Source: a virus
Strand: one strand, 5' to 3'
DNA length: 64,000 nucleotides
Virus genome (UHGV): UHGV-1376660
The first letter of the stretch is position 1. The number at the start of each line of letters is the position of its first letter. A program made the translations under genes and the position numbers. This document shows positions 18,546 through 26,652 of this stretch, one piece after another. The notes below the pieces were generated by a model, which was not told the origin of the DNA, did no database searches, and was given only the letters and a program-made list of their open reading frames with translations.

Positions 18546-18773
18546 TCACTTCGTTTCTGACGTTGTGCAGTTCCACGCGACGGACATTGGGTTGTCCTCG
18601 ATATGGAAATCAAACGTCCCTTCTCTGTATCCTTCAGAGATGAGCGTCGCCACGCGACCAGCTACATCCTGGGAACGGATAACGTCATCGAGGGAGATCT
18701 CACACTCGGGGGACTCTTCCTCGCCACAGAGGGTGATGCTGATATTCAGATGCTTGTACATGTGTTTCTCCAT
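18546..18773 (-). CDS. Hypothetical small acidic protein
   Basis: 75-aa ORF immediately downstream of promoter motif 18777-18811. Confidence 0.4.
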   Translation of the reverse strand: MEKHMYKHLNISITLCGEEESPECEISLDDVIRSQDVAGRVATLISEGYREGTFDFHIEDNPMSVAWNCTTSETK

Positions 18774-18776
18774 TGT

Positions 18777-18811
18777 CTAAACATGTTGTTTTCTTGTTGG
18801 TGTTATTATCG
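18777..18811 (-). promoter_or_regulatory. Conserved early promoter/operator motif copy (best -10, CGATAAT)
   Basis: CTAAACATGTTGTTTTCTTGTTGGTGTTATTATCG. Confidence 0.6.
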
Positions 18812-18903
18812 CAATAAGAAAACGGGGAAAAAGAATTCCTTAAAGGCTGATGTGCTTGTGCCGATTTATTGCTATGTATGTATCTGGCTAACTCAGAGGG
18901 AAT

Positions 18904-19149
18904 GTGATGAGCACTAAAGACTACACAGACGGGTACTTCAGCATCGACGCCGAGAGAGGCGAGTTGCTACATGGCGGCATCGCTGTCGGACGCGTCATTT
19001 TGGTTAACGGTCAGATTTACACAGAGCTGGACGATACCAGTTCAAACGCACCTGTCGTCTCCGGCCCCTTCGGGACAAGAGAAGAGGCGCTCGATGATTT
19101 GTGGGACAACAGGGACGATGCGAATCAGGGCAGTGAGATTTTCGAATAA
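18904..19149 (+). CDS. Hypothetical protein
   Basis: 81-aa plus-strand ORF with SD AGAGGGAA. Confidence 0.4.
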   Translation: MMSTKDYTDGYFSIDAERGELLHGGIAVGRVILVNGQIYTELDDTSSNAPVVSGPFGTREEALDDLWDNRDDANQGSEIFE

Positions 19150-19299
19150 ACGTCCTCGGCGATTTCACCACCAAAACCCGTAACCCTTTATACTAGATCT
19201 GGCTTCCCGATATGAGCGTGCGAAGCTGATCTGGTCTCAACGCTCAACTGCGGGATTCACCAATTCCCGCACTCTTAAGGTGAATGAGGAAAAGGCATA

Positions 19300-19460
19300 C
19301 TCCCGCAGCCGTCCCTCGCTCTGTACCGGGATGTACCCGTTTCCCGACCGGCAGCCAGCCTTTTCCCGGTTCGTATAGCGGGATTCCCACCATTTCCCTG
19401 AAAACCTCCAGCCTTTTCCCTGCGGCGACGCTCCCGTTTCTGAAAAGGGACATGGCCTTT
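19300..19460 (+). repeat. C-rich iteron-like repeats (CCGTTTCCC / CCTTTTCCC / TTTCTGAAAA units), cluster B
   Basis: At least 6 units; shares unit types with 15740-15900. Confidence 0.6.
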
Positions 19461-19679
19461 CCCCTGGATGGCCCGAAGGCTGACCGAAGGGGTGGATAGG
19501 GACGTTACGGGGGATGAAAACGATGGCTTGAATTTCTACGGAGAAAGTAGCGATACCCCTCTTCCCATTCCCACTTATACCTCCAGTTAAATCTCTACGT
19601 ATTTTCTCTCCTATGAACGTGCAAACCTTCCCCCTGATAACGCTCTATACGGCGAGTATTCCTTTGGGTGAAATGGGTG

Positions 19680-20190
19680 GTTTGTTCTCTCTACCGGCGT
19701 ATGTGGTTTCGTTGTTCTTGAGGCGGTTTTTCTCTGTGTTTTCGTCTGGGTTGTTCTCGTCGTTTTGGTGAGTGTTCTTCTCCGTGTATGGAGTAATGGC
19801 AGGTGCGCTTTTCTCTTCGTTTACGTGAAATGATGGAAGTGTGGGTAATGGCAGTAGGGCGCTTTAGTTGTTCTCCGCATATGAAGTAATGGCGTTCCCT
19901 GCTATTCAGGAATTTGCGCTCCCTTTCGGGGTAATGGTGGGTAAACGAGATTGCGACGGTTCCTGTTCTGGTCTGGGTTTGTCCGGGGTTTCGTTCTGGC
20001 TGTTCTTCTCCGTGTATTGGGTAATGGCGTGTAGGGGTTTGCGTGCGCGAGCTGCGTTCTCGGTTGCCTGGGGAGATTAGGTGGGTGGTCTGTAGCCTGG
20101 GGCAAAGAGGTGGGTCTTTTCGGTAGCCTGACAGGAAGAGGTGGGTGTTTCCGGGATTGTGGGTAATGGCGTCTCTGGTTTTCCTGTGGG
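19680..20190 (+). repeat. GT-rich noncoding repeat tract with 6x GTAATGGC, a duplicated 27-bp unit (TGTTCTTCTCCGTGTATGGAGTAATGGC) and GTAGCCTG-AGAGGTGGGT repeats
   Basis: Strong G+T strand bias; no credible ORF (the 186-aa frame is low-complexity). Confidence 0.65.
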
Positions 20191-20194
20191 TGTG

Positions 20195-20235
20195 GTTAAC
20201 TTGTTTTCTTGTGCCTGAAAACAACTTGTTTAGAT
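20195..20235 (-). promoter_or_regulatory. Tandem half-copies of the early promoter motif oriented to transcribe the GT-rich tract on the minus strand
   Basis: GGTTAACTTGTTTTCTTGTGCC...AAAACAACTTGTTTAGATG. Confidence 0.4.
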
Positions 20236-20581
20236 GTCCAATATAACGCAACGGGAGCGCTTCTGAGCGTGTCTGTTTTTGGGTGGTATCACGAGTCGTT
20301 TTTGACGTTTTGGTCGCAGGGAGATGGATTCTGGTGCGCAGGATTTTGGGTATAAGAGATGGCGTGCGAAAACATCAACTTTTAGACCAAATCAGGGGAA
20401 AGCGTTGACTTTACGTTGATGTGTTATTTATTTGTTTTCTTATGGGTGTAATTGGCTTAAATACCTTGTCACGCCTGGGCTGGAGTGGGCTGGAGTGGTG
20501 GGGGAAGTGGCGATCAACGGACTCTTATAGAAATCCTCAATTTGTGACCGCCAACGTCAACGGATTGCGCCTAATCCCTAT

Positions 20582-21784
20582 CTACTGGAAGTCGATGGAA
20601 TCGCTTTCTATCATGCGATTTATCTCGGCCATTCTTTTCTCACTTTCTAAGTGCTTTGTAACGTACAAATCAGGCTGTAGTGGGGGAAGAGGTACAGGTA
20701 ACACAAGGCTATGTTTCACATAAGTATCTCTCATAGACTGCTCTACCTGCCATCCGTCAATTTCTTGGTAGTTAATCGGCCAGTTGTCCTGAAGTGCTTT
20801 GGTTGTATTGGCAATTGAAAACTTGAAGTAAGGGTTCAAGCCCATGAAGTTGCCGGCAAGCATGTCATCTACCTGTCGCACATTGGCAATGGCCGCAAAC
20901 TTTGCAATGGCCAGATCAATATCCCAGCCTGAAACGAACAACAATAAGGCGGAAAATGCGAGTAGTTTTTCCTCACCATCAGCTCTGTCTTTTACCGATT
21001 TGTTTTGGAATTCAATGTAGTTATTGATAATAAATGCGTTCAACTGGAGGGTCTTTGCGTATTCTTCTCTCAATAACTCAGGATCTAACAGTGTGGGATT
21101 TTGCGTTTTATGGACAAAACTTCGCAGTTCTACGATGTTTTTGCGGTGGATATTTAGCCTATCCAAGCACTCCAAAGTAGGCTGATGTAGTCTAACGGTC
21201 TCTCTCAAAATCGCCTTTGCCCAATCGAAGCCAGGCACGATAGCCTGCATAGGATGGAACGGCAAAATGGTATCTCTGTGCCACGCATATGGGTAAGCAG
21301 GCAACTCAATAATATAGGCCAACCAATCGATCTGCTCATGGCTCAATGTGATTTCGAATGTCGATTCGCGACGTTTGGCAAAAAACCACTGCCGCATATT
21401 TCGCATAGCTTCTTGTGTGAAGACATTTTCCTGAATGCCCGCACATACCATTTTTCTGATCACATGCGTAATTCTCGTGCGATCAGTGGTGAATCGCACT
21501 AGGTGCTGCCTGACCTCGTTCGAAAGTCGATCATCATAAAAATCGCAGGATGGATGGTGTGCGCTAACACCACTTCCCCCAATAAACCGGAAATGAGCTT
21601 TTTTGCGATAGTTGCCGACTCCTGAAGCTCGTACATAGGAACCGCCACCAGCCTCGCAAATAGGACAAACGACGTCTTCACGCGCAAAAGCATGTACGGT
21701 GTTATTATCCAACCCCAACAGGGCCATGTATTGCTCTGGGTCGACTTCTTTTTGTAAGGCTTTTGAGTATGCTGTATCAGTCAC
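20582..21784 (-). CDS. Hypothetical 400-aa protein with N-terminal Cys/His cluster (CPICE...HHPSC), in an AT-rich segment
   Basis: Long ORF with lower GC than neighbours. Confidence 0.55.
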   Translation of the reverse strand: MTDTAYSKALQKEVDPEQYMALLGLDNNTVHAFAREDVVCPICEAGGGSYVRASGVGNYRKKAHFRFIGGSGVSAHHPSCDFYDDRLSNEVRQHLVRFTTDRTRITHVIRKMVCAGIQENVFTQEAMRNMRQWFFAKRRESTFEITLSHEQIDWLAYIIELPAYPYAWHRDTILPFHPMQAIVPGFDWAKAILRETVRLHQPTLECLDRLNIHRKNIVELRSFVHKTQNPTLLDPELLREEYAKTLQLNAFIINNYIEFQNKSVKDRADGEEKLLAFSALLLFVSGWDIDLAIAKFAAIANVRQVDDMLAGNFMGLNPYFKFSIANTTKALQDNWPINYQEIDGWQVEQSMRDTYVKHSLVLPVPLPPLQPDLYVTKHLESEKRMAEINRMIESDSIDFQ

Positions 21785-21823
21785 TTGCGGTTCCTTGTAA
21801 GCGATGCTTCGTATGGTTAACTG

Positions 21824-22009
21824 TCAATTAATTATTCCCCAAGACACAGCGTACACTTTCTCACGAACCTCTGTATCACTCCACCCCCACACTTTCGCCA
21901 GCCTATTTACATCGTCTGGCAAACTATAGAAAACCGTTGCTATTAGCAGCTCGTCTGGGGTCTTACCTAAATCCACCAACACATCATTAACCACGTCTTC
22001 AACCGTCAT
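21824..22009 (-). CDS. Hypothetical small protein
   Basis: 61-aa ORF. Confidence 0.25.
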   Translation of the reverse strand: MTVEDVVNDVLVDLGKTPDELLIATVFYSLPDDVNRLAKVWGWSDTEVREKVYAVSWGIIN

Positions 22010-22018
22010 AGCTTTTTC

Positions 22019-22339
22019 TTACCAGTCCCAGGCTGGCAGGCCTTCCACCAGCTCGGCGTCGCAATCGAATTGCACCGCGTCAAAGCCAGCATCCAGTACC
22101 TTTTGAATGTTCTCGATGGTTTGCCATGTGACACCGTAATCACGCAGCTCTTCTTTCCAGTCGTTACCCCGCATACCTGCGCGGACAATCCATCCGTACT
22201 TCGTGCCGTGTACCCAATTCAGGCCGCGATCGGTTAGCGGGTCGAAACAGATATTAGGCAGACAGTCAGAGTCATGCTGTGTAATGTGGGCAGTGCTGAT
22301 CACCGCTGTCTTATACGATTCGGTTAGTTTCAGCATCAT
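22019..22339 (-). CDS. Hypothetical protein
   Basis: 106-aa ORF. Confidence 0.4.
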   Translation of the reverse strand: MMLKLTESYKTAVISTAHITQHDSDCLPNICFDPLTDRGLNWVHGTKYGWIVRAGMRGNDWKEELRDYGVTWQTIENIQKVLDAGFDAVQFDCDAELVEGLPAWDW

Positions 22340-22572
22340 GCCTTCTCCTTCGGAAACAGAGTGTCGGCCGTGTCAGAGATGACGTCCCAATTCACGCCGA
22401 CGTTGGCGTCATGGCACTCTTTGATTTTTCGCATAACCTGAACGCACTGTTCGTCAGTCAGGTCTGGTCGCACTTCACCTACATCTTCCTTGTGCCACAT
22501 CACCATCAGCAGCGGCTCGTCTTCTGGGTAGTTCTCCAGCTTTTCGATGATGTCTTTTGCGGTTCCGAGCAT
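22336..22572 (-). CDS. Hypothetical protein
   Basis: Probable start MLGTAKD after SD GGGG; behind promoter motif 22584-22619. Confidence 0.4.
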   Translation of the reverse strand: MLGTAKDIIEKLENYPEDEPLLMVMWHKEDVGEVRPDLTDEQCVQVMRKIKECHDANVGVNWDVISDTADTLFPKEKA

Positions 22573-22583
22573 GATTAACCCCT

Positions 22584-22619
22584 TAAACAATTTGTTTTCT
22601 TGTTGGTGTTATTATCTCA
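22584..22619 (-). promoter_or_regulatory. Conserved early promoter/operator motif copy
   Basis: TTAAACAATTTGTTTTCTTGTTGGTGTTATTATCTC. Confidence 0.6.
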
Positions 22620-22657
22620 AATAACAAAAGGCAGAAAACAAGATGTTTAAGGGATGA

Positions 22658-22924
22658 TTAGGTGAGTTTGAAGTCGTCTATGTCATCAACAAACTCCATA
22701 TACCTGGCTTCGACACTCGACAATCTGATCAGATACGCAAGCCCGTAACTAAGTGAAGTGGGTTGCTCCAGCACAAATTCGAACCCATCATCATGCGTTT
22801 TGCCAAGCCAGAATCCCCCACCGTATTCTTTTTCACGTTGGAAGAAAACGAACTGTCCTGGTATCAGGTGTTTGAGTGCTTCGCCTCTATAGACGATCTC
22901 ATATTTGGAATTCTTGCTGCCCAT
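22658..22924 (-). CDS. Hypothetical protein
   Basis: Probable start MGSKNSKYEIVYRG. Confidence 0.4.
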   Translation of the reverse strand: MGSKNSKYEIVYRGEALKHLIPGQFVFFQREKEYGGGFWLGKTHDDGFEFVLEQPTSLSYGLAYLIRLSSVEARYMEFVDDIDDFKLT

Positions 22925-22999
22925 TTTCCCGCCCCACAATACTGTATAAATAAACAGTAGTGCTTATTGCAGTACCGGTCAACTTTGCGGGTTAAGGGA

Positions 23000-23030
23000 A
23001 TAACAAGGTGGTGAAAACAATTTGTTTCGG
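23000..23030 (+). promoter_or_regulatory. Early promoter motif in plus orientation (AATAACAAGGTGGTGAAAACAATTTGTTT) upstream of plus-strand ORF 23113
   Basis: Reverse-complement orientation of the family consensus. Confidence 0.45.
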
Positions 23031-23112
23031 CACTTGAGATTTTGCAAATCGCACATACATGGAAAACGGCAATTTTTGAAACCTGATTTGACCCAAGTGA
23101 AAGGAGGAAACG

Positions 23113-23316
23113 ATGAAGACCTATGATCGCAACCGTAACGCTATCACTACCGGCAGCCGAGTGATGGTGGCAACGAATGGTGCAACGGGAGTCATCAAGG
23201 AAATCAGCGGAGAAGGCAAATCAGAAGAACAATTACGCCGTTCTGACTGCGTGTCTATCGAAGGTGTGGAAGGTCTGTTCTGCCCAATGGATTTAGTTCG
23301 CCTGGGGTTCCATTAA
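23113..23316 (+). CDS. Hypothetical small protein
   Basis: 67-aa ORF, SD AAAGGAGGAAAC; followed by terminator 23344-23368. Confidence 0.45.
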   Translation: MKTYDRNRNAITTGSRVMVATNGATGVIKEISGEGKSEEQLRRSDCVSIEGVEGLFCPMDLVRLGFH

Positions 23317-23343
23317 TTTCACCACCTATAAAACAAATTGTTT

Positions 23344-23368
23344 AAGGCCACAACCAGTGGCCTTTTTG
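23344..23368 (+). terminator. Rho-independent terminator (GGCCACAACCAGTGGCC + T5)
   Basis: Perfect stem-loop and T-run. Confidence 0.6.
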
Positions 23369-23376
23369 ATTTCTGC

Positions 23377-23664
23377 TTAGTGGCTTCTGAATCCATTACA
23401 ACCGCGAAGAAACTCAACGATATAGCGCTTCATCTTCTCTGGTTCGTCTCCCGACCATCCATCTGGTGGTGTCCACGCTTCGACAATATCAGCCATCTTT
23501 TTCGCTTTGGCTGGCGTCACATTTAGAGGGTCGTTGGTGTGCTGCTGGTTAACCAGGCTCTCCATGCCCGGAATGTCCAGTATCGTAAACCAGGTTCCGT
23601 TAGCAAGATCAAGACCAGGGATACGCTGTCCACTACGTCGTTTGTCTACAAGAGAAACCGTCAT
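23377..23664 (-). CDS. Hypothetical protein
   Basis: 95-aa ORF. Confidence 0.35.
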   Translation of the reverse strand: MTVSLVDKRRSGQRIPGLDLANGTWFTILDIPGMESLVNQQHTNDPLNVTPAKAKKMADIVEAWTPPDGWSGDEPEKMKRYIVEFLRGCNGFRSH

Positions 23665-23972
23665 CTCAAGTCCTCAGTACGCAAATTTGCAGGTAAAGTG
23701 ATTGCCACACTCGGGGCTGGGGCTTCTTCGGCGCTGGTTTTGGTCTCCAGTTCGGATACACGCTTGCGCAGCGCCTCGATTTCAGCAGCCATGTAGTAAC
23801 CGACCATAGCGAAGACAGCGAAAGAGTTGTCCGCCTCATCCGGAGACACGGAAGCCATCAGCAGACCATCGTGCATGTTCTGGCTGCCGTCAGTAATGGA
23901 GACCGCATACGAATCACTGGTTTCACGTTTATACAGTACGACGACCGGGTTCTTGATTTTCTCTCTCATCAC
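23661..23972 (-). CDS. Hypothetical protein
   Basis: 103-aa ORF. Confidence 0.35.
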   Translation of the reverse strand: MMREKIKNPVVVLYKRETSDSYAVSITDGSQNMHDGLLMASVSPDEADNSFAVFAMVGYYMAAEIEALRKRVSELETKTSAEEAPAPSVAITLPANLRTEDLR

Positions 23973-23980
23973 GATGCCTC

Positions 23981-24535
23981 TTACTTATTACCTAATTTGT
24001 CCAACTCTTTCAGCCCATCACGTACCGCGTTCACGATACGCTCCAGGTATTGGTATTTGGGGTTTGGCACCGTTGGCCAACCGGCATACCACGGATCGTC
24101 GCCAAACAGACTCAACAGTTCGTTACCGACACCGAAACAGCAGCAACTTTCTTTTACGTCATCAGCGTTTTCTGCCTCGTCCCACATATTGCGGGCCTGT
24201 TCTGCGTCGATTTCTCTCCCCCTGCGCAACTTTATGATTTCGGATTTGACGAAAAGCAGGTTTGCGTCGTTGTCATCGTCGACCGTACTCAGCAGTTGAG
24301 GGTCGAGGCAACCAATCAAATAATCGTTGCTCACTCTCTTAATAAACGTCTGCACATCGTCACCGCCCATCGCAAACCAGGCAGCAGTCCACGCTTTCCC
24401 ATAGCAGGTGATGGTGACTCTTCCCTTGCCCGGCTCGTAGTTTTCAATCATTACGCGTACCGGGTCGAGACGCTCCAGATGAGTCAGCACAAAGGAAAGA
24501 ACATCTAATTTTTCGACCTTCATGCGACCTCCCAC
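23981..24535 (-). CDS. Hypothetical protein
   Basis: 184-aa ORF. Confidence 0.4.
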   Translation of the reverse strand: MGGRMKVEKLDVLSFVLTHLERLDPVRVMIENYEPGKGRVTITCYGKAWTAAWFAMGGDDVQTFIKRVSNDYLIGCLDPQLLSTVDDDNDANLLFVKSEIIKLRRGREIDAEQARNMWDEAENADDVKESCCCFGVGNELLSLFGDDPWYAGWPTVPNPKYQYLERIVNAVRDGLKELDKLGNK

Positions 24536-25158
24536 GCGTTCCAGATCAGCGCTTTGTGTTTTTCATAACGTTTGGTGTGTACCGGTTGCAGACTGGCAAT
24601 GCCTTTCGTCACCATAGCCCGGGCGTGTATCAGCAACGAATGCTCTATGCCTTTTTTCTCCAGGTACTCGACAACACCGGCATCGGCACCAATCTCCTTG
24701 CCGTCAAATAGTACGGCCAGCATCAGCTCTTTCTCTGCGAGGTAGATGGCTGAGAACTCAGGATCGCAACTCACGATAGAAGAGGTGTTGTCCAGCAGGT
24801 CAGCCAGCTTGATCATGCGCGTCTGCATGTCGAGGCTTTGCTCCAGCTCCCGGACGTTGATGATGAAGCGCTGTATTCGATTGCCGTCTTCTGGTCTGGC
24901 AATGTTGGTCAGAGCCAGAACCATTTCGGCTACGTGCTCACCGAAGTGCTCACGAACCATCTCTATGGTGACATGGGTATCTTCGACCACATCATGCAGC
25001 AGCGCCGCGATCTGCATCTCCACGGTTCCACCATGCCAGGCAACAATCTCGCGAACAGCAACCGGGTGGTTGATGTAGTCTTCACCGGTATATTTTCTTT
25101 TCTGGCCAACGCCGCCATGAGCGCCAGCGGCAAACATATGGGCTTTGGAAATACGGGA
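24520..25158 (-). CDS. HD-domain phosphohydrolase, SpoT/RelA-like (p)ppGpp hydrolase domain
   Basis: GEDYINHPVAVREIV...ALLHDVVEDT matches the HD motif of RelA/SpoT hydrolase domains; probable start MSRISKAHMF. Confidence 0.65.
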   Translation of the reverse strand, partial: SRISKAHMFAAGAHGGVGQKRKYTGEDYINHPVAVREIVAWHGGTVEMQIAALLHDVVEDTHVTIEMVREHFGEHVAEMVLALTNIARPEDGNRIQRFIINVRELEQSLDMQTRMIKLADLLDNTSSIVSCDPEFSAIYLAEKELMLAVLFDGKEIGADAGVVEYLEKKGIEHSLLIHARAMVTKGIASLQPVHTKRYEKHKALIWNAWEVA

Positions 25159-25252
25159 CATTCTTAACTCCGTTGTTTTCTGGATGCAGTTATTTTCGCA
25201 GATAAGAAAAGGTAGAAAACAAATTGTTAAAGGCCACAATAGTGGCCTTCAT

Positions 25253-25624
25253 TTACTCAGCGATAAGCGATCCAATCATCGCCTGTAGCTCTCGTTCTTT
25301 TTCTTTGGCTACGCGGAGTAATTCGGCATCTACATGACGTTGCAGCTTATCCATTACGCGGAACGACGGACGGCGCATGACGCTCTCGTCGATGGCTTTG
25401 GTATTCAAGCTAATAAGATGCCCGAAGTGGTTGAAGCCAGCCCCGACGAACACTTCATATAGCTGGGCATCGCGCTCAAACAGAGCGATCCCATTTCGCA
25501 CCTCAAGCAGCGTTCCTTCCTCAATAAGCGTATCCAGCGCCTTATCCCAGACCGGACAAAAGCGATAATTGAAACCTTCCAGTAATGCTGTAAAAAACAG
25601 CGAAACGGCATTACCCAACTTCAT
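25253..25624 (-). CDS. Hypothetical protein
   Basis: 123-aa ORF. Confidence 0.35.
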   Translation of the reverse strand: MKLGNAVSLFFTALLEGFNYRFCPVWDKALDTLIEEGTLLEVRNGIALFERDAQLYEVFVGAGFNHFGHLISLNTKAIDESVMRRPSFRVMDKLQRHVDAELLRVAKEKERELQAMIGSLIAE

Positions 25625-25626
25625 AG

Positions 25627-25907
25627 TTACTCTTCCTTACTCCTTGCTCTGTTAGCCTGCACTTCCTTAGCCAGCTCGTAGGTAATTTTGCACGGCACAA
25701 TCATCGCCCAGCCTTTTTCGTGGCTGTTAATCACCTGCTGAACATGGCCGTCTGTAATGGGCAGATCCGGCAACTGTTTAAAAACTTCCATCTGCTCATG
25801 GATATGCAGAAACCACCTTGCCAACTCCATCTGCTCGCCACGGGTGAGGGGATTATCCAGCGGAGACTTAACAAAAGCGGAGACTCGCTCGACAAGCAGA
25901 TCATTCA
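25627..25907 (-). CDS. Hypothetical protein
   Basis: Probable start MNDLLVERV (ATGA overlap with upstream gene). Confidence 0.35.
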
Positions 25908-26594
25908 TGCCGCGCACCTCTCTGCTTTCTCCTGCAATTCGCGAACGTACTCGACCAAAGAGCCACCTGGAGGGATCTGGCATTCCTCAACCAACTGGAA
26001 GTAGATGTCTGCGGCCGCGCGTGTGTTCGAGCCTTTATTCAGCTGTTCTTCGCGCAGCGCATCACGTTCGTTGATCAAACGGACGCACTCGCCGTTACGC
26101 TGATCCACAACGGCCTCAAGTTCAGCGATGCGTTCGCCTGGCGTCTTACCTTCTTTACGCTGGATGGTGACGGTAAACTCGCCCATTTCAGGAACGTTGT
26201 ACCCCAGCTCCAGGTAATTTCTGGCGCCGCTGCGGACGAACTCACCTGCGAACATGGTGGCGAACATCGCAGAGGCCATCTCTCCTTTGAAAAGCGACTC
26301 CAGATCTAACGGAGTGCCGGCAGCCAGAGCCTCTTTTGCTGTGTCCATTGCGCCCATGAACCGGTCAAACTCATTGGCGCGTTTCTCAAGGTCTCTCCAC
26401 TGCTGGCTCCAACGGCGTGCCAGATGTTCGATAAAAACCTGCGCCGATTCATCAAAGTTACCTTCGAACGTCACAAGCTCCTTGTCAATTTTGATGGTTC
26501 CGGCAGGCGTTCCTGCGTTCCCCTGTAGCACTAAATTAAATGGCAGCTTCGCCTGATTAACGCTGGCGAATGTAATTCTCGATTTTCCGCTCAT
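25905..26594 (-). CDS. Hypothetical protein
   Basis: 229-aa ORF. Confidence 0.4.
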   Translation of the reverse strand: MSGKSRITFASVNQAKLPFNLVLQGNAGTPAGTIKIDKELVTFEGNFDESAQVFIEHLARRWSQQWRDLEKRANEFDRFMGAMDTAKEALAAGTPLDLESLFKGEMASAMFATMFAGEFVRSGARNYLELGYNVPEMGEFTVTIQRKEGKTPGERIAELEAVVDQRNGECVRLINERDALREEQLNKGSNTRAAADIYFQLVEECQIPPGGSLVEYVRELQEKAERCAA

Positions 26595-26652
26595 GTGTTT
26601 ACCTCTGATAAAGTGGCTCTATTCTTACATAAATTAGGTAAGTATTTACCTA

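Noticed and set aside
19691-20251. 186-aa minus-strand ORF in the GT-rich tract
   Set aside because: The translation is pure low-complexity (R/E/H/P repeats) generated by the nucleotide repeats. I treat the region as noncoding.
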